A stretch of DNA of 64,000 nucleotides from positions 558,001 to 622,000 of the forward strand of contig OZ287080.1 of assembly GCA_965645245.1 (NCBI GenBank). Direction: 5' to 3'. Positions 48,501-60,560 of this stretch are shown one piece after another. The DNA comes from Massalongia carnosa. Its lineage: Eukaryota. The number at the start of each line of letters is the position of its first letter. Positions within the stretch are counted from its first letter, which is position 1. The notes under the pieces are model-generated. The model worked only from the letters and a program-made list of their open reading frames with translations, was not told where the DNA came from and did no database searches. Both the position numbers and the translations under genes were made by a program.

Positions 48501-48759
48501 GGACAATAACGCGCGGGAAGAGATCGTCGCGGCGGTCAAAGCACAAAAGGCCAAGGAGGAGCAGGGAGTAGCTGAAGATAAAACAAACGTGGAGACAGCT
48601 GATAAGAATCAGGAGTGGGAAAATTCGGAGGACAAGCCGAAGGAAGAAAAGCCAAAGAGCAAGGCGAAAGAGAAGCTAAAGCGGAAGACGAAAGGTAAAA
48701 GCAAGGCAAAGATTACGAAGAAAGGGAAGGGGAAACCTAAAGACCATGGGGAATTATAA
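45559..48759 (+). CDS. LHS1: ER lumenal Hsp70-family chaperone / nucleotide exchange factor Lhs1 (Grp170/HYOU1)
   Basis: Signal peptide; GIDLGTEYIKAALVKPGIPLEIVL, YDMGAGST, ILHGGAVRTPFVQ, NSDEAAVFGA; C-terminal ER-retention-like HGEL. Confidence 0.95.
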   Translation: MPPYGKRRLSLVSILSLLFILAYTASAASAVLGIDLGTEYIKAALVKPGIPLEIVLTKDSKRKETAAVAFKPSNSKSTTLESNAFPERIYGGDALALLARFPGDVYPNLKPLLGLQFENNVVVAKYRGRYPGLHAVNEKERGTVGFRSESFKPEEEPFLVEELLAMQLKNIRGNAMALAGKGSSIHDAVITVPSFYTAEERRAVALAADLAGLRVLALISDGLAVGLNYATSRTFPSINEGGKPEFHLVYDMGAGSTTATVLRFQGKTVKDVGKFNKTVQEVQVLGSGWDKTLGGDALNDIILEDMIHKFVSTGRMKTLGVDAKHVKEHGRTVAKLWKEAERMRQVLSANTETSTGFEGLFYEDVNFKYKLSRADFEKLASGYSLRVQNPINTALESAKLSLSDIESVILHGGAVRTPFVQKQLEAAIKTPEKVRTNVNSDEAAVFGAAFKAAGISPSFRVKDIRTGDIAGFAFGVAWTLDGKERQQKIFVPTSQTGTEKQVSLKVTSDLSFTLYEQVPGETADLIERPVVRIQTLNLTSSVQQLTEKLSCSLADISTQFAIRLSPIDGLPELVRGSVSCEATEKKGGVVDGVKDFLGFGSKKSEQEPLKEDTSAKPSISSSGSESSTLSSPKEEKSSDPTTKKTADANEKPKDAKKMVETIFLDLSTQPAGLPLFSADNLQRIKDRLTSFDASDQSRMRREETLNTLEAFTYKARDLLEDEGFIAASTENERAKVEEQFKSASEWLYGEGADATQETLKTRLDELRGLVNPIQKRKDESAKRPKEVKILQEALEQTKAMISMISQNREAQSIADKIAASSSSSSVAEFETTTAPSPSVTDDFADLEDDSTTTTSTTTTDLPPPPPMPSYSVEDLTTLTEKQEFIQQWLGTNLAEQAKLSPTDDPVILSSDLAAKSKELNEFVMRLLQKQMQIPPRPKSTSRTKKAAAKTLTVKPSVTESAENTEETIDAMEDVFKQMPDMDNNAREEIVAAVKAQKAKEEQGVAEDKTNVETADKNQEWENSEDKPKEEKPKSKAKEKLKRKTKGKSKAKITKKGKGKPKDHGEL

Positions 48760-49163
48760 GCTTACGGTCCGGTTTCGCGCGGCTTTTATATGTATACCAG
48801 ATCTCAAAAGTTTCTCCTCACAGCGCATTTGAGTAGATCTAGACGAGTTTCACCTGCTGGTGGTGGTTTTGTCTCTTTACACAAGCATAGTTATGTACAT
48901 AAATCAAGCGCTTTGCGCTGCATGTTTCTGTTAATCAGTAGGAACAAATCTTATGCCAAAGCCTACCAGATAGCTATGTGCCGATATCTTCCTCACCCCT
49001 TCTTTAACTTGGCATTAAGTGGATGAGAGGGCGACCCCCAGGACAACACTCGAAGATAAATACATATTCCCCAAACTCTATTTCTTCCTCTCTTCACCGC
49101 AACCATTCCAACCCCCATGCCCCCCCCCCTCAAATCCCCCGCCGGTCCCACAAAAACTTATCA

Positions 49164-51202
49164 ATGCACGAAATCCTTACCCTCCAGCTCGGCCACCGCG
49201 CCAATCACCTCGCCACCCACTTCTGGAACACGCAGGAATCCTATTTTTCCGCCTTCCCCACCAGCGCAACATCTCCCAGCAATGAAGCTCCCGCTCCATC
49301 TGCCACCCCTCCCCCCAGCTCCTTGGTGGACCACGACATCCACTGGCGCGAAGGGATCAGCGCGGTGGGCGGGGAGGATACGTATACGCCACGGACGCTG
49401 ATTTACGATCTCAAGGGCGGGTTTGGCGGGCTGAGAGGGTGGGGTGCGGCGGGGGATGTGGGGGCAGATGATGGGAGGAATGGCGCTTGGTGAGTAGGGT
49501 GCCTAGATCTGCGGGGCTTGTTCGTTTGGGACGGTTTTCGGTGGATATGGAAGGGGGGGTGTTTGTCTGTACTTGGCTATAGCTAACTGGTATGAAATTC
49601 ATGATAGCTAGGGACGGCAATGTCACGCTCGTGAAACAACCCCCCATTCCGCCTTCCGAATATCAACTCGGCCTCGAGTCCGGACTCGCGATCCCCCCCA
49701 GACCGAGACTGGACACGGTGCGCTACTGGTCGGACTACAACCGCGTGCTATACCACCCGCGCTCCATGGTGCAGATCTACGACTACGAGCTCGGATCGTC
49801 GCTGTTGCCTTTCGAGTGGTGGGAGAGCGGGGAAGAGCTCTTCGCGAGCTTGGACCGGGAGGTGGACGTGCTGGATCGGGATCTAAGGGTGTGGGCGGAG
49901 GAGTGCGATGCCCTGCAGGGGATTCAGGTAGTGGCAGGAACGGATGATGCGTGGGGTGGGTTTGCGGCGAGGTACGTAGAGAGGATTCGGGATGAGTTCG
50001 GGAAGATTGGAGTGTGGGTATGGGGAGTCGAGGAGGAGAGGGGAAGGGACGTAAAGGTACGTTTTAATTGCTAGGTGGCTGAATAAAGGAGTATGGAGAG
50101 TTATTGCTAACTTTTTGGAAAGGTGAAGCAGATGTTAAGGACGGTCAATGCTGCCAAATCGATGTACGAGGTCTCCATGCAGGCTTCAATGTATATTCCG
50201 CTTTCGATTCCATCGTTGCGGCTACCATCATACCTGGACCTAGATCGAGGCTCGATTTGGCATACTTCAGCACTACTGTCGATGGCGCTGGAAAGCATAA
50301 CATTGCCCTCGAGGCTTAGGCCTGATGGTGGGAAGCGTGGGCTGTTGGATGATATGGAAGCTGCGTTGAATGTCAACGGCAACCAGCGAATCGGCAAGGT
50401 CCAGATGAGCCTTCCTGATCCCTTGGTACCAAAAGGTCAGCAGCGAGTGGCTGGGGAGACGGAGGACGATAGGACACGAGGGCCGAACACACAGGGTCTG
50501 TTTCATGAGGACGCGTTCTTAGCCAGCGCTGCCAGCCTTGACATGGATTTCTTCTATGGGGCAGCTCCAACATCTAGGGGTTTCCATGCTCACAGCGAAA
50601 AGAAAGATCACGTGTTTGGACAGGTGGAGATTATGAGAGGGAATACCGGGCCGACACACGAGCAGGATGACGGCCATGCGGATGGCAACACGAGAAAACG
50701 CAGGCGATATGCTTCTCTTCCAATACTCGAAAAGTTAGTATCTCCCCATCCCATTGGTTCCAACCTTTCCATTTCGAGATTGCGCATGTCATTGCCTTTC
50801 TACACTTGGAATGGTGGCAGCGCACAGCCATTGGGGCAGGTTAAAGCAGGCCCGTAACATGCATGCTGCGGAAACATGGCTGCATTCTGCACCTATTACC
50901 TGCATCCCCACTTGCCTCCACTAACTCTTCAAATCAGGTATCGCACCAGCCTCCAGTTCCCCATTCTGAACAGCTTCCCCGCCATTTTTGCCCACCGATC
51001 AGACTTTTCGCAATCCATAGGCGTACATGCTGCGCTTTCAACCACATCTAAAGTTTTGCCACGAATCAAGGAGCTGCGTGGGGTGGTGAGCATTATGGTC
51101 GGCTTGGCGGAGAGAGAGGCGCTCTTGAATGGCCTGGGTGAGATCGGTGAAGGGTACACGGGAGGATGGGAGAGTGGGTCGGATGACGATAGCGATGACT
51201 GA
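49164..51202 (+). CDS. DML1: Dml1/Misato tubulin-FtsZ-like mitochondrial distribution protein, multi-exon
   Basis: [69 protein letters not shown]...DDAWGGFA, ending [12 protein letters not shown]. Introns visible between ORF pieces. Confidence 0.92.
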
Positions 51203-53562
51203 GACGGAGCACGATTAGTCGGCCGGGGGAATACGAGGGAGTTCCAGAGTATTGAAGCCATAAACCCAGGGGAGACTGAGCATGATGACAGAGTCTTTGC
51301 CTTTTCGCCGGCTCACTAGGTCAGCGAACCATCCCAGTCATCCTTGGACTGCAGGAACCATCACCTCTCTTTTGTTTGATAGTTTCTTGACCTGTTGATC
51401 ACCAAACCATTCCGTTCGCGGCAATACACCTAGAGTAGAACATTGCAGCCTGCATGTCGCTACTGCAGGTTCTGTCCAACGTTGCTATGGCGTCATAAGC
51501 GGGGGACCTTTGTCATCGTAGCCTATTCTGGAAAGGTTGTGCCCTCCGCAGAAGGCCACATAGTTAGCGTGGTGGCGCTCAAGTCAGGAAATATCTACAG
51601 AATATTCTCTCGTGATCCATGAGCCTTTTCATGTCCGCTCTCTGGAGAACATCATTGAAACTCCATCCATCTAGATCGGATCGCATAGTCCTGTGCGTAC
51701 AGAGTATTTTCCAGCCAATATCATGGCAAGGTACAGAGTACTCCGTACTCTTTAAGCACTCCGTACTCGGCATCTGAAGCCGAATCCCGAATGCCCCTTC
51801 CCTCGTACAATCCGGTAGGAAACCGGGAAAGAACGGAGTACGAAAGGGGCCTTGTATTACATACAGAAGTAGGTACCTCGTACTGTGTGCAAGAGCAGAG
51901 AGAGTAGAGAGTACAGAGTATCCCTGAAGCCCTCAGGCCGACTCTGTATGGATACTCTGGGTTCTATACAGGGGAGGAATACAGCGTACTTAATGCTGGA
52001 AAGTAATCAGTAATCTGGATGACATACGATTCCAAGTACTTCGTACTTTGTGCTCCCTACCCCGTACTCCGTATTCTATAAACAAATGCTTCATTGGGGA
52101 GAGGGAGGCTAGTGAGTGGGTAATGGCAACGTGGACTGAATCGACCTACTTTCTATCATCTCGTATGAGAACAAAATCAAGTTGCTACGCTAGTTCAGCC
52201 TGATGAAAACGGCCTCGCTCCGATCGTAGGGGGATGCGGTGAGGTGGAGAGAGACTGACGCTTATCGGGCACAGACGCCAAATGAACTCCGTACGATGTA
52301 CATTTGCTTTTGTTGTTTGCTTTCAAGAAAGCAAACGGCGAATGGATTGACTTTATTGGCGATCCATCGTGCTTACTCCGTACATGTTACTCCGTGTATT
52401 TATTCGCTCTGTCTGGCCTCGCAGCTTTCCTGTGGGCTTCCTGCATTCTGCAATCTTTGAGGAAACAAATTCGTGTTCGCTCTGGCATGCTGACTTGCAC
52501 TCATTCAGCTTACCTACAGAGTACAGAGAGCACGGAGGTATGCTGTATGTATCATGTACTCCGTAAAGAGGAGGTATTCAATTCCCGCCGGTGGGGAACG
52601 TCGGGACTTTGGAGCAGCGAGGGACATAGGAAAGCGGTACGGTATGTAACTAACCTTTAGCGACGAGCGAAGCATGAGAAATTTCCAACTGGGTCCAAGA
52701 TGCGTCTTTACTTGCCTTCGAACTGGATTCTGCCTCATCTACTCTGTACTCTGTACCTTTGTACATGTTTCTGCTTCCTTTCTGCGCCCCCTCCGCCTCG
52801 TTATGGGCTAGATGAGGATGTTTGTCTGGCTTTGGTGGTCCGTCGCACCGGTTTCAGCTATCAAGCATCATAATGAGTTTAACCAATGATTCCTACATGG
52901 ATTTCGAGCTCCCTAAACAGCATGGATACACTGTTCTGGGCCCGATCAGAGGGCTGGTACGAAGCTTAACGTACTCTGTATACGGCTTTCTCGTCGAAAC
53001 TTCTCGTGTGATGCTATGTCAGCCCTGTACTTAGGACCAAGGATATAACCGTTGAGGGATGAGAGGTTTTCATGCAACCTAACAAGTGGCGGTTGTCGTG
53101 TCGGTCCAATCATTCAACAGCATCTCTCCGTATCACCAAAACTGCATCAGCAAAATAACCTCGCCCAGAACAAACGTTTTCCGAGGGCAAGGAAGGAACT
53201 TTGGCAATACGAGAGACCTTGTTTGCAAAAACAAGTCTCCTGGCCATGCGTTCTGTAGGCATGACGTCGGAGCCCGGTGATCTGATTGGATCGTCCTCAG
53301 ACCTTCCTGATGCTATTCTCTCGTTCAAGTCTCGATTGCACCGCTGTGGTTCGTGAGCCATGCAGTCTCTTGCTTTATCACCCATTATGTCCCCGCCGCA
53401 CTGTTTGTTATTATTATTCCCCTCCGTTCTGAAGATTCATATCCGTACAACAAGAACTCGCTCGCTACGGTTCTTCTGTGTCTGTTGCTCTGTTCATTCA
53501 AATACCTTCGCTGCTGTGCCATCTTTCGTTACGGGTCATCGTGATACTCAAGAGTTTTCATC

Positions 53563-55304
53563 ATGGTCAAATATACACTCGCTTTGCTAGCTTTGGCTGG
53601 GGTCATTTCCGCTCGTAAAATATTGATTCCAAGAGGGTATTATCTTTATAATGAAACGAGGTATGTTGAGCGATGACGATAAGAACGATCGACTGACCTG
53701 GATCAGTACCACTCCATCAGAGACGCCCGTCACGTACACCTCGAACTCGGAACAACCCACGGATACCGCTCCATATCCAACTTACGTGTCTCCGAATGTG
53801 CGTTCTTCCGACACTGATGGCGTTTGGTCGGTGTCGAAGGCGTTATTGACAGCGATATAGATTACAAGCATCGTGGTGAAGCCAACCGAGACCGAGCCAT
53901 ATGTGTCGACGACAACAGAAACGATTACGCTCACCACAACCACTTGCCCAGGTATGTATCACATTCCTGCCTGCTGCGGATATCTCTTGATGGTTTGTAG
54001 TCACATACACAACATACACATCAGCCTCGGCCATAGTCACGGTGCCTGTCACGTTAACGGAAACAATCACCCTGACCACCACCACCTGTTACGCTGTAAC
54101 CAAAACCCCAGCTCCACCTCCCCCCGTCACTATTCCTGTCACGATCAAAGTTCCCGTTACCAAAACATCGACAATTGTAGTTACCACCACGACCTGCCCA
54201 GGTTCGTATACCGATTCCCTTAGGGTTCGATTCTTACTAACTGAGCGTTCAGTCACGTATAAAACCATCCAATCAGCCTCGAGCACAATCACGGTGCCTG
54301 TGACTTTGACGAAAACGATATCCTACACTACAACAATTGAAATCGTGGAGACGCCGCCTCCTCTCCCGCCAGTTACTATTCCTGTTACATTCACCGCCAC
54401 ATCTGTTGTCATAATCGAGACCGTTACGAAACCAAGTAAGTCTCATTCACTGCACAGGAATTTCCCGCTAACTTTGACAGTAATATATAAAACCACCATC
54501 ATCAGCTCGACCCCTGTCACAGTGCCAGAAACTCTAACGGAAACAATCACATACTCCTCAATTATAACATACCCAGTGATCGAAACGATCCCGGTGACCA
54601 TTCCTACGGAAGCTCCGACTACAGTACCAGTGAAATACAGCACATCCGTTGTTGTGGTTCAAACCATCACCAATCCTGGTTAGAGTCTCCGTAGACTCCT
54701 GGGTTCTCAATGCTAACGTCTTTACAAAGTGATATACAAAACCACCGAGATCAATTCGACCCCTGTCACAGTGCCAGAAACCCTAACACAATATACCACA
54801 TACTCCTCCACCGAGACCTATCCGATCGTCGAAACGACGCCTATTGTAGCTTCCGAAGTTGGCACATCAATAATCGTAGTCACCCAAACCACCGAACAAG
54901 GTAACAGTGCTCCTTTCATCCACATCTTTCGCTCTTCTACACCTACTAATCAACAACCTATAGTCGTTCAAAGCACCATCCAGACCGGCTCCACTCCTGT
55001 CGTAGTGCCCGAAACCGAAACTTCAATCATCGTCTCCACACAAACTAAAACCTACCTCATCCCTACTCCCACCTCAATTATCCCAACAGAACTTCCTCAA
55101 ACACCTTCGGCTACCACGCCCATTGTCACCGTCATCCCCTCGGAAGTACCCACCTCCGTTGGAACAGTCGGCACGATCGGCGCCGTGTTTCCGCCCAAAC
55201 CCACCGCCACAAAACCCAGCCCTTTCCTCGGCGCTGCGGTTGCCAATAGACCAGTTGGGGCTCTCGCACTAGCCGGGTTGGCGGCTTTATTGGCTCTAAC
55301 TTAA
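53563..55304 (+). CDS. Thr/Val/Pro-rich secreted, probably GPI-anchored cell-wall / adhesin-like protein built from exon-encoded repeats
   Basis: Signal peptide MVKYTLALLALAGVISA. Repeated YKTT...STPVTVPETLTETITY units. C-terminal GPI-like signal FLGAAVANRPVGALALAGLAALLALT. At least 7 introns. Confidence 0.8.
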
Positions 55305-56010
55305 GTCTAGAGATGGACGACCTGAAGTAAAGTTTGGGGAGGGAGAAAGTTTTTTTTTACGAAGAATATTCAATGAGGTTTATGACGTTTTAGTTCGAGG
55401 TGGTACATATGCTTTGCGGCGAAGCATTCCCCTGAATGGACTTATTCTTGGCAGATGAACCCAGGAGCAGAGAAAGATGGTCAAACTCTTTAGGGGACGC
55501 TTTCTAATTTCTAGCGAAGGGTTATCATCACTTGTAATTGTTAATTCTCATCATAAAGGCAGAAACGGGGGGAGGATTGAAGAACCTTTTCTATTTAGAT
55601 TTTTAGTAAACTGACAGATATAACGACGTCAAAGGACTGAATATTCCGAGTTTTAACAGTTCGTGTATTTGGTCAGTATGTTTCACGTTTCACAGCGATT
55701 AAATCACTTTTTTTTCCATAAAAATGTGACTGATGATGACTTGTCATTTCCTTGCTCTGCTTTTGAATATACCCCTATTTATAAGGAGACACGCTCGTCG
55801 GTGTGACGGAAAAAGCATTTAATAGTTATGTCACGTGAAGCGATTCCTGCTGGGGGTATAATTACCTTATTGGGTGATTCATAACTAGCCGATAACTAGT
55901 TAGATAACTAGTTACTGTAGACGAGGACGGAAACACGAACCTCGGCAAGCTTACCTTTCGTTAGCCATGAGGTCCTTTTCTGGATTCTTACATCGATCCA
56001 TTCCCCCATC

Positions 56011-57149
56011 ATGGTCCTCGAACCTGACGTTGAAGTTGAAGCGCAAACTAAGCTGAAAGATTTCCAAGACATTTTTTCTCTCGATGGGAAAGTTGTCGTG
56101 ATCACAGGTGGGTCTCGAGGCTTAGGTCTTCATGCCGCATCGGGGTTCGTCGTCTCCCATACCACCCCGCTTCTTGCTCCCACCCTGGATGTAGCTTGGC
56201 GTACACCAATTAACTCTTTCTCCTCCTCCTCAGCTTCCTCCAAGCTGGCTGCTCAAAAGTCTACATCACCTCTCGCAAAGCGTCTGCTTGCGCGTCTGCT
56301 TGCGCGGCACTGAATGCCCTCTCCACCAAGCGTCCTGGCGCTGTCGCCATCTCGGTTCCTGCCGACAGCGCCAAAATCGCGCATGTAGAGGCGCTCGTCC
56401 GAGAAGTGAGCAAGACAACCGATCACGTGGATATTCTGTTTGCGAACGCGGGAGCTACGTGGGGGGAGACGTTCGACACGCATCCTGACGGGGCGTTTGC
56501 CAAGGTGATGGATTTGAACGTGAAGAGTGTGTTCAATACGATCAGACTGTACGTCCTTAGCTGGGACATGTATTGGATAGAAATGGATAGTTGCGGACAA
56601 TGACTCAGTGGGCTTTACTTACTTTCCCATCCAGATTCGCACCTCTACTTCAAAAACGTGCCACGATAGAGGATCCCTCCCGCGTTATTGTTACAGCCTC
56701 TATCGCAGGCCTGGGCATTGGCTCTCTGGGTGAAAATGCCACATTCGGCTACTCGGCCTCGAAAGGTGTTTCTCGCTTTCATAGAAATAGCAATTTCAAC
56801 CCCTTTCTTTTCGTGCCCCTAACTCTGCTTCACAGCTATGCTAACCTCTTCCCCTCTCTCAGCCGCCGCAATCCATCTCACCCGCAACCTAGCCGTGGAG
56901 CTCGGCCCCCGCCACATCCTCTGCAACAGCATCGCCCCGGGCTTCTTCCCCTCCAAAATGGCTTCGGGCCTGATCGCCGCGCACGGCGGCGAAGCCGAAA
57001 TGGCCAAGGCGAATCCAAACGGGAGGTTAGGCCGGCCGGAGGATATCGCCGGCACGGTGGTGTTCTTGGCAAGCAGGGCCGCTAGCCATATCAACGGCGC
57101 TTGCGTCACCATTGATGGAGGAGGCCTGTGGTCTAGGGGGAAGCTGTAG
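56011..57149 (+). CDS. Short-chain dehydrogenase/reductase (RhlG-like), multi-exon
   Basis: TGGSRGLG, ILFANAGATWG, YSASK, NSIAPGFFPSKM, GRLGRPEDIAG; ends in GKL (possible PTS1 variant). Confidence 0.9.
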
Positions 57150-57286
57150 CGTAGGATAGATACATCATTTGCCAATATATCCCCCCAAAAAAAGGGATAA
57201 ACAAACACACCAAGTCGACAGAACGGAATGAATGAATAACAGAAAATGGTCAACACCCCCCCCAAAAAAGCCACAGCCACAGCCTA

Positions 57287-57288
57287 TA

Positions 57289-57322
<34 letters not shown>
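57287..57322. repeat. (CATA)n microsatellite
   Basis: tacacatacatacatacatacatacatacatata. Confidence 0.9.
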
Positions 57323-57446
57323 CAACCATATAACACAGGTTATATTGCCCCCTTCAAGAACACATATATACATCTCCTGCAATACTCCAATTTTTATTCT
57401 ATTTTAAAAATTTATCTTATATTCGTCTCGTCTAATAACACTTTAA

Positions 57447-57474
57447 CATCATCATCATCATCATCATCATCATC
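57447..57474. repeat. (CAT)n microsatellite
   Basis: About 9 tandem CAT units. Confidence 0.9.
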
Positions 57475-57938
57475 CCTCCTATTAAAAAAAAAAAGGACAT
57501 CCCCGTCCCTCGTCCCTAACCATACCCGCTCGTTCCGTTCCTGCGTTTCGAAAAAGGGAGTTTGGTTGGATTGGATACTGAGGAGGTTGCTTGATGGATG
57601 GGAGAGTAGATAGGGGAGAAGAAGGTTTGGGGGTTTAAAAAAGGGGGCTTGCTTGCTTGCCCTGGAAACCCAATCTCGTCCCAGAAACGCGTGGGTTGAA
57701 ACTAGCTTTACGTTTATGTATGTATGGCTTCCCCCTTCCCCCACCCACATAGGTCAAGACGAGAAAACGGATGATGATCTATATGTTATGTAACTCGATG
57801 CCGGGATATGGCGATGACATGTTCAAAGTAGGTACTAAGGTGCCAACAACAATAACAACAAGGCCTCGAACATGTGGTGTGGTGTATTTACCTTACCCCA
57901 CCCCTATCCCCCACCCCTTCACAAGCTAACCAAAAAGA

Positions 57939-60062
57939 TCAAAAGATCCTCACGCCACAGCACTCGACCCTCCGGCCCTGTATCTCGGCCCGTCTGCCCC
58001 AGTAAAACTCCACCAGCTCCTGCACAAACGCGCCATCGGCCTCGCTCCAGATATCGAGGCCCATGCGAGCCATGTCTTCGGTGGTGACGAGGACGACTCC
58101 CCGATTGCGAGCAGCAGCCTCTGCTCCACTCCCGTTCCCAGCGCCGGCGCGCGACTCCTGCTCATCTTCGTTACCGGCTGAAGCAACGGAAGCGTCATCA
58201 TCGTCATCGTCGTCCGCGGCATCCACGACCGTGCTTAGGGTCCTTAGAATTAGTATGGTCAGCCGGTGGAAGTACGCAATAATGGCCATCTCCAGCATTC
58301 CGTCTGCTTGCTCCTCCCCGGAACCGTCCGCCCTAGAGATCGCCATGCGCGATGACGACCTGGGCCGATTGGGCGATCCATTGGTCTGAGGCGAACCGAA
58401 GTCACGAAGAAGGGCAGAATCGTGCTCCGCCTCTTCGTCAAGGTCCGCGCGTTTCTCGCCTGCCGATGCCCACCACATGAACGAGGAGTATGCGAGTGCT
58501 GACCATGACGGAGATTCAGTGAGGCGTGACTCGCTGGTTGAGGACGCGTCGTCGAAGGTTTCTTGGGAATTTTCTGGAAGGTGCGGAGTATGTCGCTCCG
58601 TGTGATTTGGGGTGTTTCTTGAAATGGTTTCGAAAGGTGAGGTTACGCTGCTCCTGCTATGATAAAGGTGGAGCTCTCGGCGGAGGGTCCGGTAACGGCG
58701 GAGATCGCGCTGAGTGGCTTTGATTTCGGGGTTTCGCTTGGAAAAGATGCGCGGCCAGACCTTCTCGACAGCCTGAGCGGTATAAGGGGGGGGGATGGAC
58801 ACAAGGGTGTCGTAAAGGTGATCTTTGGTAATTAGAATATCATCGGTGGAGCAGGCCACCCATCCGTAACCCATATCATCGTCTCCATCCTCGACTTTCC
58901 GATCATTGCGGGAACCTTGGGCTAGGGTTTGCATATCATGTACACCGACGGAGAAAAGGGGTCGGAGGCGAACTGGGAGAGGCTCCAGTGGAAGAAGGGT
59001 GGAGATAGACGTAGGAATACCAGAGAGGATGGATATATTAAAGACTGTTCTGTGAAGTCAGGAACACAATCAGAGAGAAAGAACCGAGATGTCTTACCAA
59101 AATTGCATGCAAGCTCTACCGGAGCCTGCCCTACTAGAAGTATCCTTTTCCGTAACAGAGCCGCTTTATACAATGGAAAGATCAATGGACCAAAGGTGTC
59201 AAGAAAGGCTGGAAGAGAGAGGGCGGGATGATGTGGAGAGAGCGACTGCCCAGGAGTTGCGAAAGCGGAGGCAGTAGATACAGCTCGATGACGCAGATGT
59301 GATTGCCCATCTACGAGGGGCTTCTTCGGCTTTCGAATTGTCTCGTCGGGTGATGGAGATGTAGCTTGCGCTTCTGAGTCCGACGATTTCGTGCCATCTT
59401 GGTCATGATGTGTCTTCCAGAACTCTTCCAATGGCTCGACTATTGAAAGGTCCAAGGCAAGATTCCTTGTGCACTAATTCAGCTAAGCAGTTCTTCGAGG
59501 TAATTACAACATGTACCTTGCTAGTTCTTTTAGCCCAGCAGCGTGCTTCCAGCTCTTACCCAGGCGTCCTTGGCTTAGGGGGACCAATGCGCCTACGGCC
59601 AGCATGAGCGCATTGCGCTCGGATTTAGCAGCTGGCTTGTTGACAAAAGCGCTGATACCCGCGTAGTCATTATCGTGAACGAAATAACTAGATCTATGAT
59701 CAGCGTTGGTCAGGGGTTTGACACCAGCACATCTTACATAATGTCCTCTGGGACATTGTGGAGGCCGGATGGTAGGGATTTGAACTCCACACTCTCTACG
59801 AGATCCACTGACAGAATCGTAAGCAAATCGCTTTGTATAGCATCATGATTTTCCTTACATCCAGGGGTTGATCGCTTCCATGCTATCGTGTAACTTTCGA
59901 TTGAATTAGTAGAGGCGCATTTGTCCGGGTCCTCTGTGCTTACCCAGCTTTAACGTCGAACAGAATGAGAAACACTGCCACAACAGGAGGCAATTGCTCG
60001 GAGTTTACATTGGAAAGATCAAGATGCAGGGTATGGCCTCTTCTTTTTCTGGAAGTTGACAT
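57939..60062 (-). CDS. DUF2347/DUF4484 DENN-related protein (Anr2/DENND11-like), multi-exon
   Basis: LPPVVAVFLILFDVKAG|YTIAWKRS, VEFKSLPSGLH, FGPLIFPLYKAALLRKRIL, WSALAYSSFMWWASAGE, MGLDIWS...YWGR...CCGVRIF. Confidence 0.8.
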
Positions 60063-60560
60063 GTTGGTGGTTTCGTCATTAGTTTACGGGAGTAGATATT
60101 CGAGAACTCAGGCGCAGAGTATCGATTGGTGAATCCCAAAATAGGTGCATGCAGCTAGCCATAAAACCGTCCAGATCGTAGGACGCCGGCATCCTAACGA
60201 ACGAACGGAAACCTCAACACAGTTAGGGTCCGTTCCATTAATCAATCACCTTACATATTACGTGATCTTAGCGTCTTAGGCTAGGGTCTTAGTCCAGATC
60301 ACGTAGACGGCTCTTCATTCGATCATAGATAAAACGGTACAACGATGATGCAGAACTGTACAGGTTGCTTTGATTTTTCACAAAGTCATTCGTAGTTGAA
60401 ATCATGCCTATTAACAGACAATAAAGCTGTGCATGCTATCTGATCGTTTGCTCTGCGAATCGCCAAGAACAACTCTTTGAATTAAACAAACCCCCTTCGG
60501 ACATCATTCTGACCCATGTCTGTGCCATACTCACCTTAAAACTCCAAATATTTTGATCTA

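Noticed and set aside
48745..48759. HGEL instead of HDEL at the Lhs1 C-terminus
   Set aside because: A minor retention-signal variant; not remarkable on its own.
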